A DNA stretch of 64,000 nucleotides from a virus (IMGVR_UViG_3300035698_029829:7427-71426), one strand, 5' to 3'; numbered from the stretch's first letter, positions 9,934 to 20,337 are shown. Notes: generated by a model not told the origin, from the letters alone. A program made the numbers and translations.

Positions 9934-12870
9934 TTAGGCTACCTTCATCAGCCGCGTGAAGCCGGGACTCACCCGCTGCGCGATGAATCTGGAATCAAAT
10001 TCTTCGGTCAACGTCGCCTTGTGCGTAATGATGAACACCGACAGTGCCATACCCTTGAGTTGCTCGAACGCCTCTTGCTGCCCAGCGTCATCCAACCCGA
10101 AGTCTAAGACCTCATCGAAGAACGCCACGTTAGTAACGCGTCCGCGCTCCCACAACATGGTAGAAAACGTCGCCATGCAGACGGCAAAATTCACGCGCGC
10201 CCGCTGACCGGTTGAAAGCTGACGCGCCTCTACTTCCTTGCCCTCGTAAACCAAGTAATCCTGAAGAGCCTCATTGAAAGTCAGTTTGCAGGCTGGGAGC
10301 AACTCATCCAGATAGCCTTGAAGATAGGAGTTGAAGCGCGGCAGGAGCTGTCGTAGTACCGCCTGGGGTAGATCGCGGTCGAAAGCCCGCACCAAAGCGT
10401 CCAAGACGGGATGCAGATCGCGATCTTCCTTAAGACGGCCACCCACTTTCTGTACCTCAGCCTCCAACGCTTCCACACGTGTCTGAGAGCTACGGATCGA
10501 CTCGGAATAGGGGTTGATAGATTCCTCAGCCGCCTGAATAGCCGACTTCAACTGCACTTCTCGCAGAAGTTTTGCCTGCGCGTCATCCCGTAACAACACG
10601 GGCACCGGCAATGCTTTTTTCTTAATCTGTGCATCCCCGAAAGCCGCTTCCATGCCCGTCAGGGCCTCCGCCCTCTCACGAACCTGCGCTTCTACAGCAG
10701 CCCGTGCACCCGACAGCGACCGATGACGCGCCAACTCCTCGCGGGAGTGGATGGGCATCGGCAAGGCTTCTTTCTTGGTTTGCACATCGCCGAAGACCAC
10801 CTCTGCACCCGTCAGAGCCTCCACCTTTTCCCGGGCCTGCGTCTCTACGGCCGCTCGTGCACCAGACAATGACTGGTGACGCGTCAATTCCTCGCGGGAG
10901 TGGACAGGCACTGGCAGAGCCTTCTTATTTATTCGAATGATGCCGAGTGCCTCGGTTGCCTGGCGAGAGGTGTTCTTGCGTGCCTGATATTGACGCTCCA
11001 ATGCTAATCGTCCGGCGTTCAGAACACGGTGCTGCTGTAGTTCCTCACGGGAATGGGCGGGTACAGGTAGAGCATTGATCTGCTCCAACATCCCAACCAA
11101 GGGCGGCTGATCATCAGGGTTACCTGACAAAGCCGCCTGAAGATCGGCTACGCGTTGGTGTTTCTCAGCTAAGACCACCGCGCATTCTGAGCGCTCCTCT
11201 TCGTACTGCGCCGCCACGCGCGAATGGTTTTTTTCGTCTTCATGGAGTTGTGCCCGCTGTTGTATCAGGCGTTCATAGTCAGCCTTGGCCGCCTCAGCCT
11301 CCTTCAACGCTGACTCCACTTCAACTTTAGCAAAGTTAGAGCGTCGCTCAATCTCTTCTTCAGTAACCATGTGCTCGGGCAACGGCTGCCCACAAGTAGG
11401 ACACTCTGGTTTATCAGCGTCCTCCAGTTTCTTCTTCGCCGCTTCCACACCCTTGATAGCCCGCTGAAGACGCGGTACCACGATTTCTTGCTCAACACGC
11501 TGGTTCTCAACCAGGTTATCAGTCGCCATCTGCGCCGCTGCTTCAGCACTTTCCTGCTTTCCAATCACTTCTTGCACGGTGGCTTGAGCGCGCGTCACCT
11601 CCGCTTCGGCTCCGACAATCTCACGAGACGCAACATCAATCCGAGCCTGAAGACGATCTCGATGGTCGTGTTTCTCGATCTCGTTACCAATCTCCTCTTC
11701 GTTAAGCGCGGCCTGTGCTTCCTGCACCTGCATCTGCGCTTCCTCCAACTCACCTTGAAACCGCGTCACATCCTTTTGGGCATCATCGATAGCCCGTTGA
11801 GCCGCGTCGAGAGCATCGTGTTGCGCGACCTCGATATCGATCTGGCCCTGGATCAACGCAGATTGGACCTCAGCCTCTTTTTCCCGTGCCTCCGCTAGCT
11901 CGCCTTGGAGCCGCGTCACGTCCTTCTGGGCGTCATCTACGGCCCGCTGAGCCGCATCGAGGGCGTCGTGCTGCGCAACTTCGGTATCGATCTCCGCCTC
12001 GGTGAGGGCGGTCGCAACCTCGGCCTCCTTTTTCCGTGCTTCCGCCAACTCGCCTTGGAGCCGCGTCACGTCCTTCTGGGCGTCATCTACGGCCCGCTGA
12101 GCCGCATCGAGGGCGTCGTGCTGCGCCAGCGCACCCTTCGGATCAAGCGCTACGATTTGCGCCAACTCGGCTTCCAGAAGTTCCAAGTTAGAGCGACGCT
12201 CTGACTCCCATCCGGTAGCTCCATCCTGTGCCTGTACCAGGCGCTCATTCTCCGCCACCAAACGTTCCTCAGCCTTCGCCAACTCGACGGTCGCTGTGTC
12301 GATGCGACGCTTGGCATCCAGGCGCTCATCCTTAGCCAGTTTGGCGGGCTTCTGGAAACGGTCGATCCGGAAGAAAGTTGCTGCAAACTCGCGCTTCTGA
12401 TCGGGCTTCTGCTCGATGAAGGACTTGAAGTCCTCGGCCGAGAACACCAACGATCCCACCAACTCCTCATATTTCAAACCAGTAATCCGTTGAAGCTCGG
12501 CTTGTGGATTTGCCTTCACACCCGGGTCGTCCAACTCCACGCCATCGCGGAACAGCCGCAAGGCATGTTTGTGAATGGGATGATTGCGATACCGCTCAAT
12601 GTGGTACAGGCAGTCGTCGTCACCTCGGAAGTCGAGGTGCGCCTCGGTGCCTTCGCCTTTGGAGGCGTGCCAGTTAACCACCTCATCAACCTTCGCGCCG
12701 TCCTTGATCTGCTTGCCGGTGAGCACCCACAAAAACGCCTCGACGAGGTTGGTCTTGCCAACCCCGTTCGTTCCCGCGAGCTGGTGTACGCCGATGGCCC
12801 CAAGGGGTAACTCGGACCACTCCGGCCCATAGCTCTTGTAATTCTTAACTCGTAGTAACAAGCACTCCAT
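9934..12870 (-). CDS. sbcC: SbcC/Rad50 (gp46-like) ATPase
   Basis: Walker A GTNGVGKT, zinc hook CPTCG, signature LSTGQ, Walker B FFDE, H-switch IITH. Confidence 0.92.
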   Translation of the reverse strand: MECLLLRVKNYKSYGPEWSELPLGAIGVHQLAGTNGVGKTNLVEAFLWVLTGKQIKDGAKVDEVVNWHASKGEGTEAHLDFRGDDDCLYHIERYRNHPIHKHALRLFRDGVELDDPGVKANPQAELQRITGLKYEELVGSLVFSAEDFKSFIEQKPDQKREFAATFFRIDRFQKPAKLAKDERLDAKRRIDTATVELAKAEERLVAENERLVQAQDGATGWESERRSNLELLEAELAQIVALDPKGALAQHDALDAAQRAVDDAQKDVTRLQGELAEARKKEAEVATALTEAEIDTEVAQHDALDAAQRAVDDAQKDVTRLQGELAEAREKEAEVQSALIQGQIDIEVAQHDALDAAQRAIDDAQKDVTRFQGELEEAQMQVQEAQAALNEEEIGNEIEKHDHRDRLQARIDVASREIVGAEAEVTRAQATVQEVIGKQESAEAAAQMATDNLVENQRVEQEIVVPRLQRAIKGVEAAKKKLEDADKPECPTCGQPLPEHMVTEEEIERRSNFAKVEVESALKEAEAAKADYERLIQQRAQLHEDEKNHSRVAAQYEEERSECAVVLAEKHQRVADLQAALSGNPDDQPPLVGMLEQINALPVPAHSREELQQHRVLNAGRLALERQYQARKNTSRQATEALGIIRINKKALPVPVHSREELTRHQSLSGARAAVETQAREKVEALTGAEVVFGDVQTKKEALPMPIHSREELARHRSLSGARAAVEAQVRERAEALTGMEAAFGDAQIKKKALPVPVLLRDDAQAKLLREVQLKSAIQAAEESINPYSESIRSSQTRVEALEAEVQKVGGRLKEDRDLHPVLDALVRAFDRDLPQAVLRQLLPRFNSYLQGYLDELLPACKLTFNEALQDYLVYEGKEVEARQLSTGQRARVNFAVCMATFSTMLWERGRVTNVAFFDEVLDFGLDDAGQQEAFEQLKGMALSVFIITHKATLTEEFDSRFIAQRVSPGFTRLMKVA
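10590..12130 (-). repeat. Tandem repeats in SbcC coiled coil: 150-bp units (11761, 11911, 12061) and about 153-bp units (10590-11070)
   Basis: Near-identical QHDALDAAQRAVDDAQKDVTRLQGEL x3; LPVP.HSREEL-type units on the other arm. Confidence 0.9.
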
Positions 12871-13642
12871 TTTTCCCCTCCAAAACTGCGTTCACCTCGC
12901 GGACCTGATCCAATTCATAAATCATTCTCAACCCCTCCAGATGCGCATGGCAGCGCAAGGAAATCACCTCCCCGAAGTCGGGAGCGTGTTCGTAGTATTC
13001 GTCGCCAAAGAGGGTGTAGCATTCGTCAGAGCCCATAAACTGGTGCCAATCCAACCGGCTACAGGCAGCCTTTTTGGCCCAATCGGCAGCTTCCTTAAGA
13101 CGTTCGATTTCTTCATCCTTGCTCGGTTTTTCGATTGCATCCTCAACCAGCAGTTCAATCAACCGTTCGATTGCAACTTTTATTGTCGTCACACCTTTTG
13201 CTGCTATCGCTTGAATCGCCGGTTGCCGCTCGTCTTCGTCAAAAGTCTCCTCAATGCAACTCATTACCTGTTCGCGCAGGTGTTCATTAATCCGGTCGAA
13301 GCACGTTTGCTCATCCCAGTCACGGAACTCGCGGCCATCCGGAGACGCCTCGCACTTCGACTCAAAATAATCGACGTTGCATCTGGCCAGGAAAGGCAAG
13401 TGAATGCCATTCGACCACCGGTAAACGGCGCTACCGAGATCGCCGGTGACGAGCAGTGCGTTACGGTAGATGAGGTAGTCGATCCGAAAGTAGCAGGAAC
13501 CCGGTCGACCCCATACAATCAACTCTCCGGCGTTATCAGGGAGGGGCTCACGTTTGAGCACCTCATGGGGCACCGTCTTGTCGTTCTCACCTTTGAACCA
13601 CGCCCGTACGGTGCGGCGACTTTCCTCATCGTTCCTCTTCAT
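12845..13642 (-). CDS. Conserved hypothetical phage protein
   Basis: 265-aa ORF in the sbcCD operon; VTGDLGSAVY.W motif. Confidence 0.65.
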   Translation of the reverse strand: MKRNDEESRRTVRAWFKGENDKTVPHEVLKREPLPDNAGELIVWGRPGSCYFRIDYLIYRNALLVTGDLGSAVYRWSNGIHLPFLARCNVDYFESKCEASPDGREFRDWDEQTCFDRINEHLREQVMSCIEETFDEDERQPAIQAIAAKGVTTIKVAIERLIELLVEDAIEKPSKDEEIERLKEAADWAKKAACSRLDWHQFMGSDECYTLFGDEYYEHAPDFGEVISLRCHAHLEGLRMIYELDQVREVNAVLEGKNGVLVTTS

Positions 13643-13644
13643 AC

Positions 13645-14775
13645 TTACTCCTTAGCGGACGCATTCTCCCACGCTTCGCGGAGAACGCGCCGCCCATGTT
13701 CCCGCAGCACACCCTTATCAAGGGTGTCCGGCGCGGAATGTTCTACCCAAGCATCCAGCAACTCTTCATCGGACAACTGGCCCGCCGGTCGTTGAAGATT
13801 CTCATCCTCCAATTTCTCAAAGCTGTCGACGGAAAATCCCACGTCAGGCAGACACCGCACAGTCCGCGCACCCATTTCCAAGGCCAGACGACGCAACTCG
13901 CCCGGATCATCCGCCAAACCGGTATAAATGCGTACGTAGTTGTTCTTGCAACGTTCCGGCGTTACCTCGGTGGCCCGCAGTTTCAGGTGGATCGGACTGA
14001 TCCGGTTGGGAATCAACTCTGCGCGCCCGTCCTCGAAGTGAACCACGCCACGCGTGCCCTCCTCGTCGAAACGGGTGGAAATCAGACTACTGACGTACCA
14101 CACCTGCGGAGTAACTGCGCTGAAAATATGGTAGTGCCCAAGCAACGAGAGATCGAAATGACTGCCGAGAAAGGCGGGGTCAAGCCCCGACTTCGCACAC
14201 TCGTGGTTGGTCATTTGTGCGCCCACGAGATCCAGGTGACCCAAGAAAAGGCTGCTCCGCATCGAATCGTGGCGTTCATGGCCCTTCAAAGCCTGCGCGG
14301 ATGCTTCGATGACGGTCTTTGTGCGGCCGAAAGGACCAGCCCACGGAACACAGAGCACTTCCGTATCCTCGTAGAAGTACACAAAAGGCTCCCGAACAAC
14401 ATGCCCGAATTCATCCAGGTAAGGCATCGCGTCACGCGGGTCCACCTTGTAAGGGCAGTCATGGTTCCCCGGGATAAAGGTCATCCGAAAACCCATGTCA
14501 CGCCAGCGTGCGAGCACTTCGCGGGTGCGGGCGATCACCACATTGTGGGTCATAAACTTGTTGTGGCTCCAATCGCCCAGGAAGAACAGGTGGTTGCACT
14601 TTTTCTCCTGATAGATCTTTTCCACCCACCGCAGGGCCTCCACCGCGTCGTCAACGCGAGAAAAGCGCCCCCCATGGGGAAACATGTGCAAGTCGGCGAA
14701 AAAGAGAGCGTTCAAATTCTGCATTGGGTTACTCCTCCGGCGGCGCAAAATCCTTCGGACCAAACCGTCGGTCAC
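13645..14775 (-). CDS. sbcD: SbcD/Mre11 (gp47-like) nuclease
   Basis: Metallophosphoesterase motifs DLH, LGD, GNHD, GHYH; start may be ATG of MQNLN. Confidence 0.9.
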   Translation of the reverse strand: MTDGLVRRILRRRRSNPMQNLNALFFADLHMFPHGGRFSRVDDAVEALRWVEKIYQEKKCNHLFFLGDWSHNKFMTHNVVIARTREVLARWRDMGFRMTFIPGNHDCPYKVDPRDAMPYLDEFGHVVREPFVYFYEDTEVLCVPWAGPFGRTKTVIEASAQALKGHERHDSMRSSLFLGHLDLVGAQMTNHECAKSGLDPAFLGSHFDLSLLGHYHIFSAVTPQVWYVSSLISTRFDEEGTRGVVHFEDGRAELIPNRISPIHLKLRATEVTPERCKNNYVRIYTGLADDPGELRRLALEMGARTVRCLPDVGFSVDSFEKLEDENLQRPAGQLSDEELLDAWVEHSAPDTLDKGVLREHGRRVLREAWENASAKE

Positions 14776-15535
14776 GGATTAGCACTGCTTCAAACTTACC
14801 ACGCCTGAGAACAAGCTGCCGCCATTTTGCCAACGGAAGTTGATCGCGAAGAGCTTTTTTGGCCAAAGTTTTCGCTTTAGACCGTACCGCCTTATACATA
14901 CCGGGCTTGACGATTACACGATTTACTTCCAATCCCTGCACGTGCAGGTTACCAGTTACCAGGTGCACCTTGATGCCCTGACCGAAAGTCTCGTAGATGC
15001 GGACCTCATCATCACGCCGTTCAGCGCTATGAGTGTAGGCGGAGTTATTCCTCGCCCCTTTTTCCAGAGTCTTATTCATCGACCTCACCAGACCGTAGTA
15101 AGCGGCCTGAAACTGTTCCAATAAATAACGATGGAAGGCCCGCCTTTGCTCTGTATCGTTCATATCGGCAACAGGCTTATCGAGGCTCAACAGATCCTCA
15201 CATACGAGCTGTAGATCCACGCCTTTGATGGGTAAGTTGAGAGCCTTGGAGAAGACCTCCTTGGCCAGAGCCTTGAAGGATTCGGGGTTATGACTCGCCT
15301 CAGCAACGATCATCGACACGCCGTTCGCCGTTCCCATCTGAATCAAGATGGCAAGACTATCGGCGACGAGCTGCTCGTACTGAGTGTCGGTGTTCAGCAT
15401 TATATTGGCCCTCTCAGGCACAATTCGGCTGCTCGTCGACAGATAGCCCTTCACCCAAAGCGCCTGACGGGCAGCCCCGTCCCCGGTCAACTCATGCAGC
15501 ACGGTCATCGTAGCGTTTGGAACGACGTTTTTCAC
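14729..15535 (-). CDS. Hypothetical protein
   Basis: ORF with SD GGAGG directly downstream of promoter at 15580. Confidence 0.65.
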   Translation of the reverse strand: MKNVVPNATMTVLHELTGDGAARQALWVKGYLSTSSRIVPERANIMLNTDTQYEQLVADSLAILIQMGTANGVSMIVAEASHNPESFKALAKEVFSKALNLPIKGVDLQLVCEDLLSLDKPVADMNDTEQRRAFHRYLLEQFQAAYYGLVRSMNKTLEKGARNNSAYTHSAERRDDEVRIYETFGQGIKVHLVTGNLHVQGLEVNRVIVKPGMYKAVRSKAKTLAKKALRDQLPLAKWRQLVLRRGKFEAVLIRDRRFGPKDFAPPEE

Positions 15536-15752
15536 GTATTCCCTCCTCTGCTGACCACATTATCAAAACATCAAAAGTTTGTCAAGAGTATTTTTGTTCG
15601 GGCGTCGCTCGAACGCCCGACCCAAAGATACAGCTAGGGCTTCAACTCGGAGGAAACGAAAAAGATGTGCGACCTGTCGATAGGCTACGGTTTGCTGATG
15701 ACGCTAGCCGCGTGTACGCCGTTCCTACTGTTGATCGTGCTACTGGCGTTAC

Positions 15753-16268
15753 TCAGCCCACACTGGCCGATGCCACGGGCAGCTCACTGATAAGATGAGG
15801 GTCCACCGCTCGATCTACTTGAGCCGACAACTCCTCGCGATAGGCGAGCCAGTCACCATCTTCGATTAGCTGCGAATCCCGGAAACGGTCTTCGTCAGCC
15901 GCCTCGAAAACATACACGCCGGTAACCTCGTTATCGCCGTCTCCCATGAGACGCACAGTAATCTGCCGCAGCTCAAAGAGGTTTTGGGGATCATCCTTCT
16001 TCGTGTAACCGTGTGCCTGTGCCAGCTTGCGCAGAGCGGCGGGCAGGCTATCCGTGGTAAGCTGCACCAGGTCGCCGATCACGTGGGTCTGGGCCTCATC
16101 ATCGAACACAGCAGCCGGGAAACTAACAGTTCGAGCGTAAAGCCGCCCGACGGCCTCAGCCTCCTGCCTCTGAACTTCGTAGAGCTTCAGTAAGTTCTGG
16201 CTTATCAGACCACATCGTTCATTGCCGTACACAAAAATATAAACATGCTTCATTTTTTTGTGGGTCAT
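15753..16268 (-). CDS. Gamma-glutamylcyclotransferase-like protein
   Basis: IFVYGNERCG resembles the FVYGTL..G motif. Confidence 0.55.
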   Translation of the reverse strand: MTHKKMKHVYIFVYGNERCGLISQNLLKLYEVQRQEAEAVGRLYARTVSFPAAVFDDEAQTHVIGDLVQLTTDSLPAALRKLAQAHGYTKKDDPQNLFELRQITVRLMGDGDNEVTGVYVFEAADEDRFRDSQLIEDGDWLAYREELSAQVDRAVDPHLISELPVASASVG

Positions 16269-16347
16269 TCTCTAATCTCCCTTTGAATAGACCCGTCACC
16301 GCTCACGAACATAATAAAATTAGATGAGTTTGTCAAGCCTTTTTTGG

Positions 16348-16974
16348 TTAAAGAGGAACCTTCTCATCGCACAGCACGGCTCCTAAAACCACCGCCATCT
16401 GCCGCATAGAGAAGTCGTGCGACTCCGCGTCGTACCCAAGCGCAGCCTGCGTCCAAATCATCACCTGGCACTGACCCAAATGAAAACGTAATCCAGCAAC
16501 GGTGTAAAGCAAATCCACCGAGGACCACGCTCCTGCTATGTGCACATGATCGAAATCGAGAGCGTGCTCACGCAAACAAAGACCAGAGCCATGCTCCCGC
16601 GAATAGGCGGCATGATCGAAGGCCGACGCCTCGAAGATGCGGACGCGGCCTTCCTTTTCCAACGGTTTCAAAAGCGGGCGCAATTCGTCGAGGAGCCTCG
16701 GCTCGGTCGTACCCCGCAACAAGTGCGGCGTCAACGTCTGGACGATATCATCCGTAGGATCGTGCATCCGAAGCGACAACGCTACGTGCCACCCCGATCC
16801 AGTCGCCAGCTTAACGAGCCCGGCAAGACGCGGGATGTGTGGGCCACCGGCTTCAGGATCGGCGAGCGCGCCTTCCCGATAGATGCCATTCTGGGGGTTA
16901 ACCAGAATAAGCAGTTCCTTAGATTCAGCGTCAGCTGCGATCATTTCGTCCTGTTTTTCTTGAGTTCGCGCCAC
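16348..16974 (-). CDS. Isochorismatase/nicotinamidase-fold protein with degenerate active site
   Basis: LLILVNPQN, H.P..., FEASAF, HIAGAWSSVD align with fold motifs but D/K/C triad positions read N/A/D. Confidence 0.55.
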   Translation of the reverse strand: MARTQEKQDEMIAADAESKELLILVNPQNGIYREGALADPEAGGPHIPRLAGLVKLATGSGWHVALSLRMHDPTDDIVQTLTPHLLRGTTEPRLLDELRPLLKPLEKEGRVRIFEASAFDHAAYSREHGSGLCLREHALDFDHVHIAGAWSSVDLLYTVAGLRFHLGQCQVMIWTQAALGYDAESHDFSMRQMAVVLGAVLCDEKVPL

Positions 16975-17255
16975 GGAAGTTTCTTGCGACCCGGCTTCTT
17001 GTAAGCCAACTCCATCAACGCCGCCTTAAAGATGACGGATCTCGCCAGTTCGCCCCGCAACTTATGCGTCGGGGAAATTGCCTTGGGGTTTAGGTCCCGA
17101 CGCGTCAGCGCGTCGGCTTCCACCCCCGTCCACATCGCATCCCGCAGATCGGTCGCCAGTTCATCCACCGTCGCCGCCACGATCTTCTTTACGTCGGACG
17201 CCTTCATCCCGGGAAACTGTCTTCCAATCGTCTTGAAAAGTTCAGTTTTCGTCAC
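16941..17255 (-). CDS. HU/IHF-like small DNA-binding protein (N-terminal helices only)
   Basis: MTKTELFKTIG...KASDVKKIVAATVDELA resembles HU helices 1-2. Confidence 0.5.
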   Translation of the reverse strand: MTKTELFKTIGRQFPGMKASDVKKIVAATVDELATDLRDAMWTGVEADALTRRDLNPKAISPTHKLRGELARSVIFKAALMELAYKKPGRKKLPWRELKKNRTK

Positions 17256-17290
17256 GATCTTCTCCTTCCGGTTAGTACCGGTCTTATCTT

Positions 17291-17563
17291 CTAAGAAAAA
17301 CTACCAAACCCTGCAAGGTTTGTCAAGAGTTTTCTTATCTTATGTAAACGCTCCCGCTCCTCACGGCGTTCCCGGCGGTTAAGGGGCCGAGTCCACTCAC
17401 GGTTTGAGCACATCCGGCATGAGCACTTGAGGTTGAACTTCGCAAGTCTGCCAGGATGGTCAGGCCAGTCGCTCGTTTGCCAGACCTCCCTGACGATACG
17501 CATACGTTTCCGGATGAGGCGGACGCGGTGATGCCGCCTCTCAGCGCGATTATAGGTTCCCAT
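17291..17563 (-). CDS. Small basic hypothetical protein
   Basis: SD AGGAG; Arg-rich with CxCxxC. Confidence 0.55.
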   Translation of the reverse strand: MGTYNRAERRHHRVRLIRKRMRIVREVWQTSDWPDHPGRLAKFNLKCSCRMCSNREWTRPLNRRERREERERLHKIRKLLTNLAGFGSFS

Positions 17564-17574
17564 AATAGATCTCC

Positions 17575-17913
17575 TTATACGGTTAGACCATCATAAGAAC
17601 CTCCTTTTTTTCGCCATCGCCACGTGTGCTCTCGAAACCTTTTAACCGTCCTTGGAAAAGCCATCGTAGCGGTTTTTTCGGAAAGAAACTTGCAAGCGAA
17701 AATGCGAAACACCATCCCCTGCCAGCAATCCCTCATCTTTAGCGGATTGATCTTCTGGTACCACGGCACCCCGAATATGCTCGGGAATCTCGACCACCAC
17801 TCGTCGTTCACGCCGAAGCGATACGTTCCGAAGATGAAATGAATAGCCAACTTCCAGTGTTCCGCATAAAATTTAACCCTGTCCTTAAGCAACAGGCTCA
17901 CCCACGTTCGCAC
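17575..17913 (-). CDS. Hypothetical protein
   Basis: ORF in operon spacing. Confidence 0.5.
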   Translation of the reverse strand: MRTWVSLLLKDRVKFYAEHWKLAIHFIFGTYRFGVNDEWWSRFPSIFGVPWYQKINPLKMRDCWQGMVFRIFACKFLSEKTATMAFPRTVKRFREHTWRWRKKGGSYDGLTV

Positions 17914-17917
17914 ATAT

Positions 17918-18430
17918 TTAATTCGGCATCAAGCCTGGCTCAATGACGATTTCATCTTTAGCCATTGAAACTTTTAAGAAATTCCCTTCAAGTAGGACAA
18001 AATGAGCTGCAACCATGACACGCACGGTCACGCCCTCTGCAACGATGATGTGGCACATTCCGTAGCCTTCCAACTCATTTTTGTCGAACATGTGCATCAA
18101 ATTAATCCCATCGGGAATTGGATTTTCTTCAGCGGGGAATCCCCCTTTGAGCTTGACCGTCCCAATGTTTGATCGAAACTCCGTTTCCATCTGAACGCTA
18201 AGCGTACCTCCGAATAAGATACGCAAGACATCGCCGTCCTGGAAAATCGGCAACAGATTCTTAATGACAACCGGCTTCTCGTTGCCGTCTTCACTTGTTT
18301 GAGTAAATCGAGATTCCACCGGCACCAAAAGAGGCCCGTCAAACTCATGGGTCTCCTTTTGCCGCCTCATGGATCGTGGTTTCATCGCCTTCAGGTCGAA
18401 GATGGACATATCAAAAAGTGTAATTTTCAC
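17918..18430 (-). CDS. Hypothetical protein
   Basis: ORF in operon spacing. Confidence 0.55.
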   Translation of the reverse strand: MKITLFDMSIFDLKAMKPRSMRRQKETHEFDGPLLVPVESRFTQTSEDGNEKPVVIKNLLPIFQDGDVLRILFGGTLSVQMETEFRSNIGTVKLKGGFPAEENPIPDGINLMHMFDKNELEGYGMCHIIVAEGVTVRVMVAAHFVLLEGNFLKVSMAKDEIVIEPGLMPN

Positions 18431-18449
18431 CAGGCATCGCCTTCCATAT

Positions 18450-18481
18450 AAAAGGGCGAGCCCCTTTCGAGGCCCGCCCGT
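18450..18481 (-). terminator. Intrinsic terminator after HNH gene
   Basis: GGGCGGGCC-TCGAAAG-GGGCTCGCCC then TTTTAT on minus strand. Confidence 0.55.
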
Positions 18482-18484
18482 GCT

Positions 18485-19081
18485 TCATCCCTTGACCTCC
18501 AGGACAAACTGCCACTCATCGGGTACCCGCTTGATACGCGCGATCTGAAGTTCCAGATGGTTCCCCGGAGCCTTCGGCACACTGAGCAGTTTCCACCCCA
18601 TCTCCTTGAGGGTGCGACTGCCTTTCTTATTGTTGCACCTCTGGCACAGCGTCGTCACGTTAATCCATGTGTTCTTCCCACCGCGCGAAAGCGGCAGCAC
18701 ATGATCCTTGGTGAGCTTCGACAAGTCGTGCCGGTAGGACTTGCCGCACTGAGTGTTCTGACAACGGAAGCCGTCCCTCGTCATCACATTCTTTGTGGTG
18801 GGCGAGGGCGTCATACGCCGTCCGAGCCGCAAGTACGTCAACACCTGGATCACCGCCGGAGCCTTCAGCACGGCCGTAGTTTGACGCACCACGACGCCGT
18901 CTTGCACATCCTCGGGGAATACAGCCGTCAGCACGCTCAACGGACCCATCCAAATCGAACGGTCGTCAAACCACCGCACTACCCGGCCCAATCGACGGAT
19001 TAACAGGTTGATTGCTCTCTCAAGCGGGATTAGGCCAATGCCCTTTCCACTCGCATCTACCGCCATAACTTGTGTCGTCAT
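18485..19081 (-). CDS. HNH endonuclease (McrA-like)
   Basis: RDGFRCQ..CG, TKDHVLP.SRGG..TW.N....CQRCNNKKG. Confidence 0.9.
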   Translation of the reverse strand: MTTQVMAVDASGKGIGLIPLERAINLLIRRLGRVVRWFDDRSIWMGPLSVLTAVFPEDVQDGVVVRQTTAVLKAPAVIQVLTYLRLGRRMTPSPTTKNVMTRDGFRCQNTQCGKSYRHDLSKLTKDHVLPLSRGGKNTWINVTTLCQRCNNKKGSRTLKEMGWKLLSVPKAPGNHLELQIARIKRVPDEWQFVLEVKG

Positions 19082-19146
19082 TGTCTCACCATCCTTTGCA
19101 GACCTCTACTCTGGTCTGTACTTCTGCCGCTTAACTACGGCTCGTC

Positions 19147-20337
19147 TCATCCTTTCACTCCACCTTTCTTCTCGCCGCCTTTGACAACGGCGAAGGGTCG
19201 AATCACATCCTTTATCTCCACGACAACGCCTTTCTGGGCGTTGATAACGTAATCCTCGTCCTTGTAAGCACGCGGAGCCTCGTCCAGCGTATCCGCACTC
19301 ACCGGCGCGAGGATACCAGCCATATCGGCCTGGAATTCACCCAGATCCAGCGTCTTCTTGGCCTTCGAGCGTCCCATCAGACGGCCCGCGCCGTGCGACG
19401 CCGAGGACAGGTACTCCTCGTTACCGAGGCCCACCGTCACGTAGACACCCGCGCCCATGCTGATCGGGATCACCCCGAGCTGGCCCTTGTCTGCCGGAGT
19501 CGCGCCCTTACGGTGTAATACGCCGTCCGGTCGAACCACCGCGTGGTTGTGGTTCTCGTTCACCATCCCTTCAAACATCGGCCGCTGCTCCCACTTGGAG
19601 AAGCCAAGTGTAGTCAGCGCCGCAATCATCATTCGGCGACGATTCTCCAGCGCGTATTCCAGGAAGAAGTCCAAGTCCTGCATGTACGCCTGGCCCAGAT
19701 CCGAATTGAGGGCGAAGAACCGATCCTTCTTGGCAATCCGCATATACACGTCCGCCGATTTCCAGCCCGGCCCGCGCGACCCCGAATGGATCGTAACACA
19801 AACCTCGCCGGTTTGCTCGCTGACGCCCAGCTCCAGGAAGTGGTTGCCCGCGCCGAGCGTGCCAACCTGGTGCCCAAGCTTCGCGTTGATCTCCTGCTCC
19901 TTCCTTTTTACGTCCACTCGGCCCTCGGCCAGTTCCGGATCAAAGGAGAACCGGAACGACTTGTACTCCTGTCGCTGCGCGTGGTTCGAGTTTAGGCCCA
20001 CCGGAATAGTCTCGAACAACCGCTGCCACACCGGCCGCACGTTGTGTTCCCGCACATCGGCGTCATCGCGCGACCCGTGGAATAGCTGCTCGAAGGTTCG
20101 GCCCGTACGAACCAAGCACATGCCGCAACCCTGGTCGTAACCAACGTAATACGGACTCACCATGCCATCGAGCAAAGCAACCCCGCCGATGGGTAGGTCG
20201 TAGCCCTGGTGCACGTCCGGCATCACAACGAGCCGCTTCAGAAACGGCAGTTCCAGCGCCGCGTATATCTGCTGCTGTGCGCCTTGCTCGATCTCGTGCA
20301 TGGGCACCAACATCCATAATTTTTCGATCTTACTCAT
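19147..20337 (-). CDS. rtcB: RtcB RNA ligase
   Basis: MPDVH, DQGCG, GAGNHFLE, HSGSRG, NHN, HRKGAT, SHGAGR, EAP.AYK. Confidence 0.96.
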   Translation of the reverse strand: MSKIEKLWMLVPMHEIEQGAQQQIYAALELPFLKRLVVMPDVHQGYDLPIGGVALLDGMVSPYYVGYDQGCGMCLVRTGRTFEQLFHGSRDDADVREHNVRPVWQRLFETIPVGLNSNHAQRQEYKSFRFSFDPELAEGRVDVKRKEQEINAKLGHQVGTLGAGNHFLELGVSEQTGEVCVTIHSGSRGPGWKSADVYMRIAKKDRFFALNSDLGQAYMQDLDFFLEYALENRRRMMIAALTTLGFSKWEQRPMFEGMVNENHNHAVVRPDGVLHRKGATPADKGQLGVIPISMGAGVYVTVGLGNEEYLSSASHGAGRLMGRSKAKKTLDLGEFQADMAGILAPVSADTLDEAPRAYKDEDYVINAQKGVVVEIKDVIRPFAVVKGGEKKGGVKG

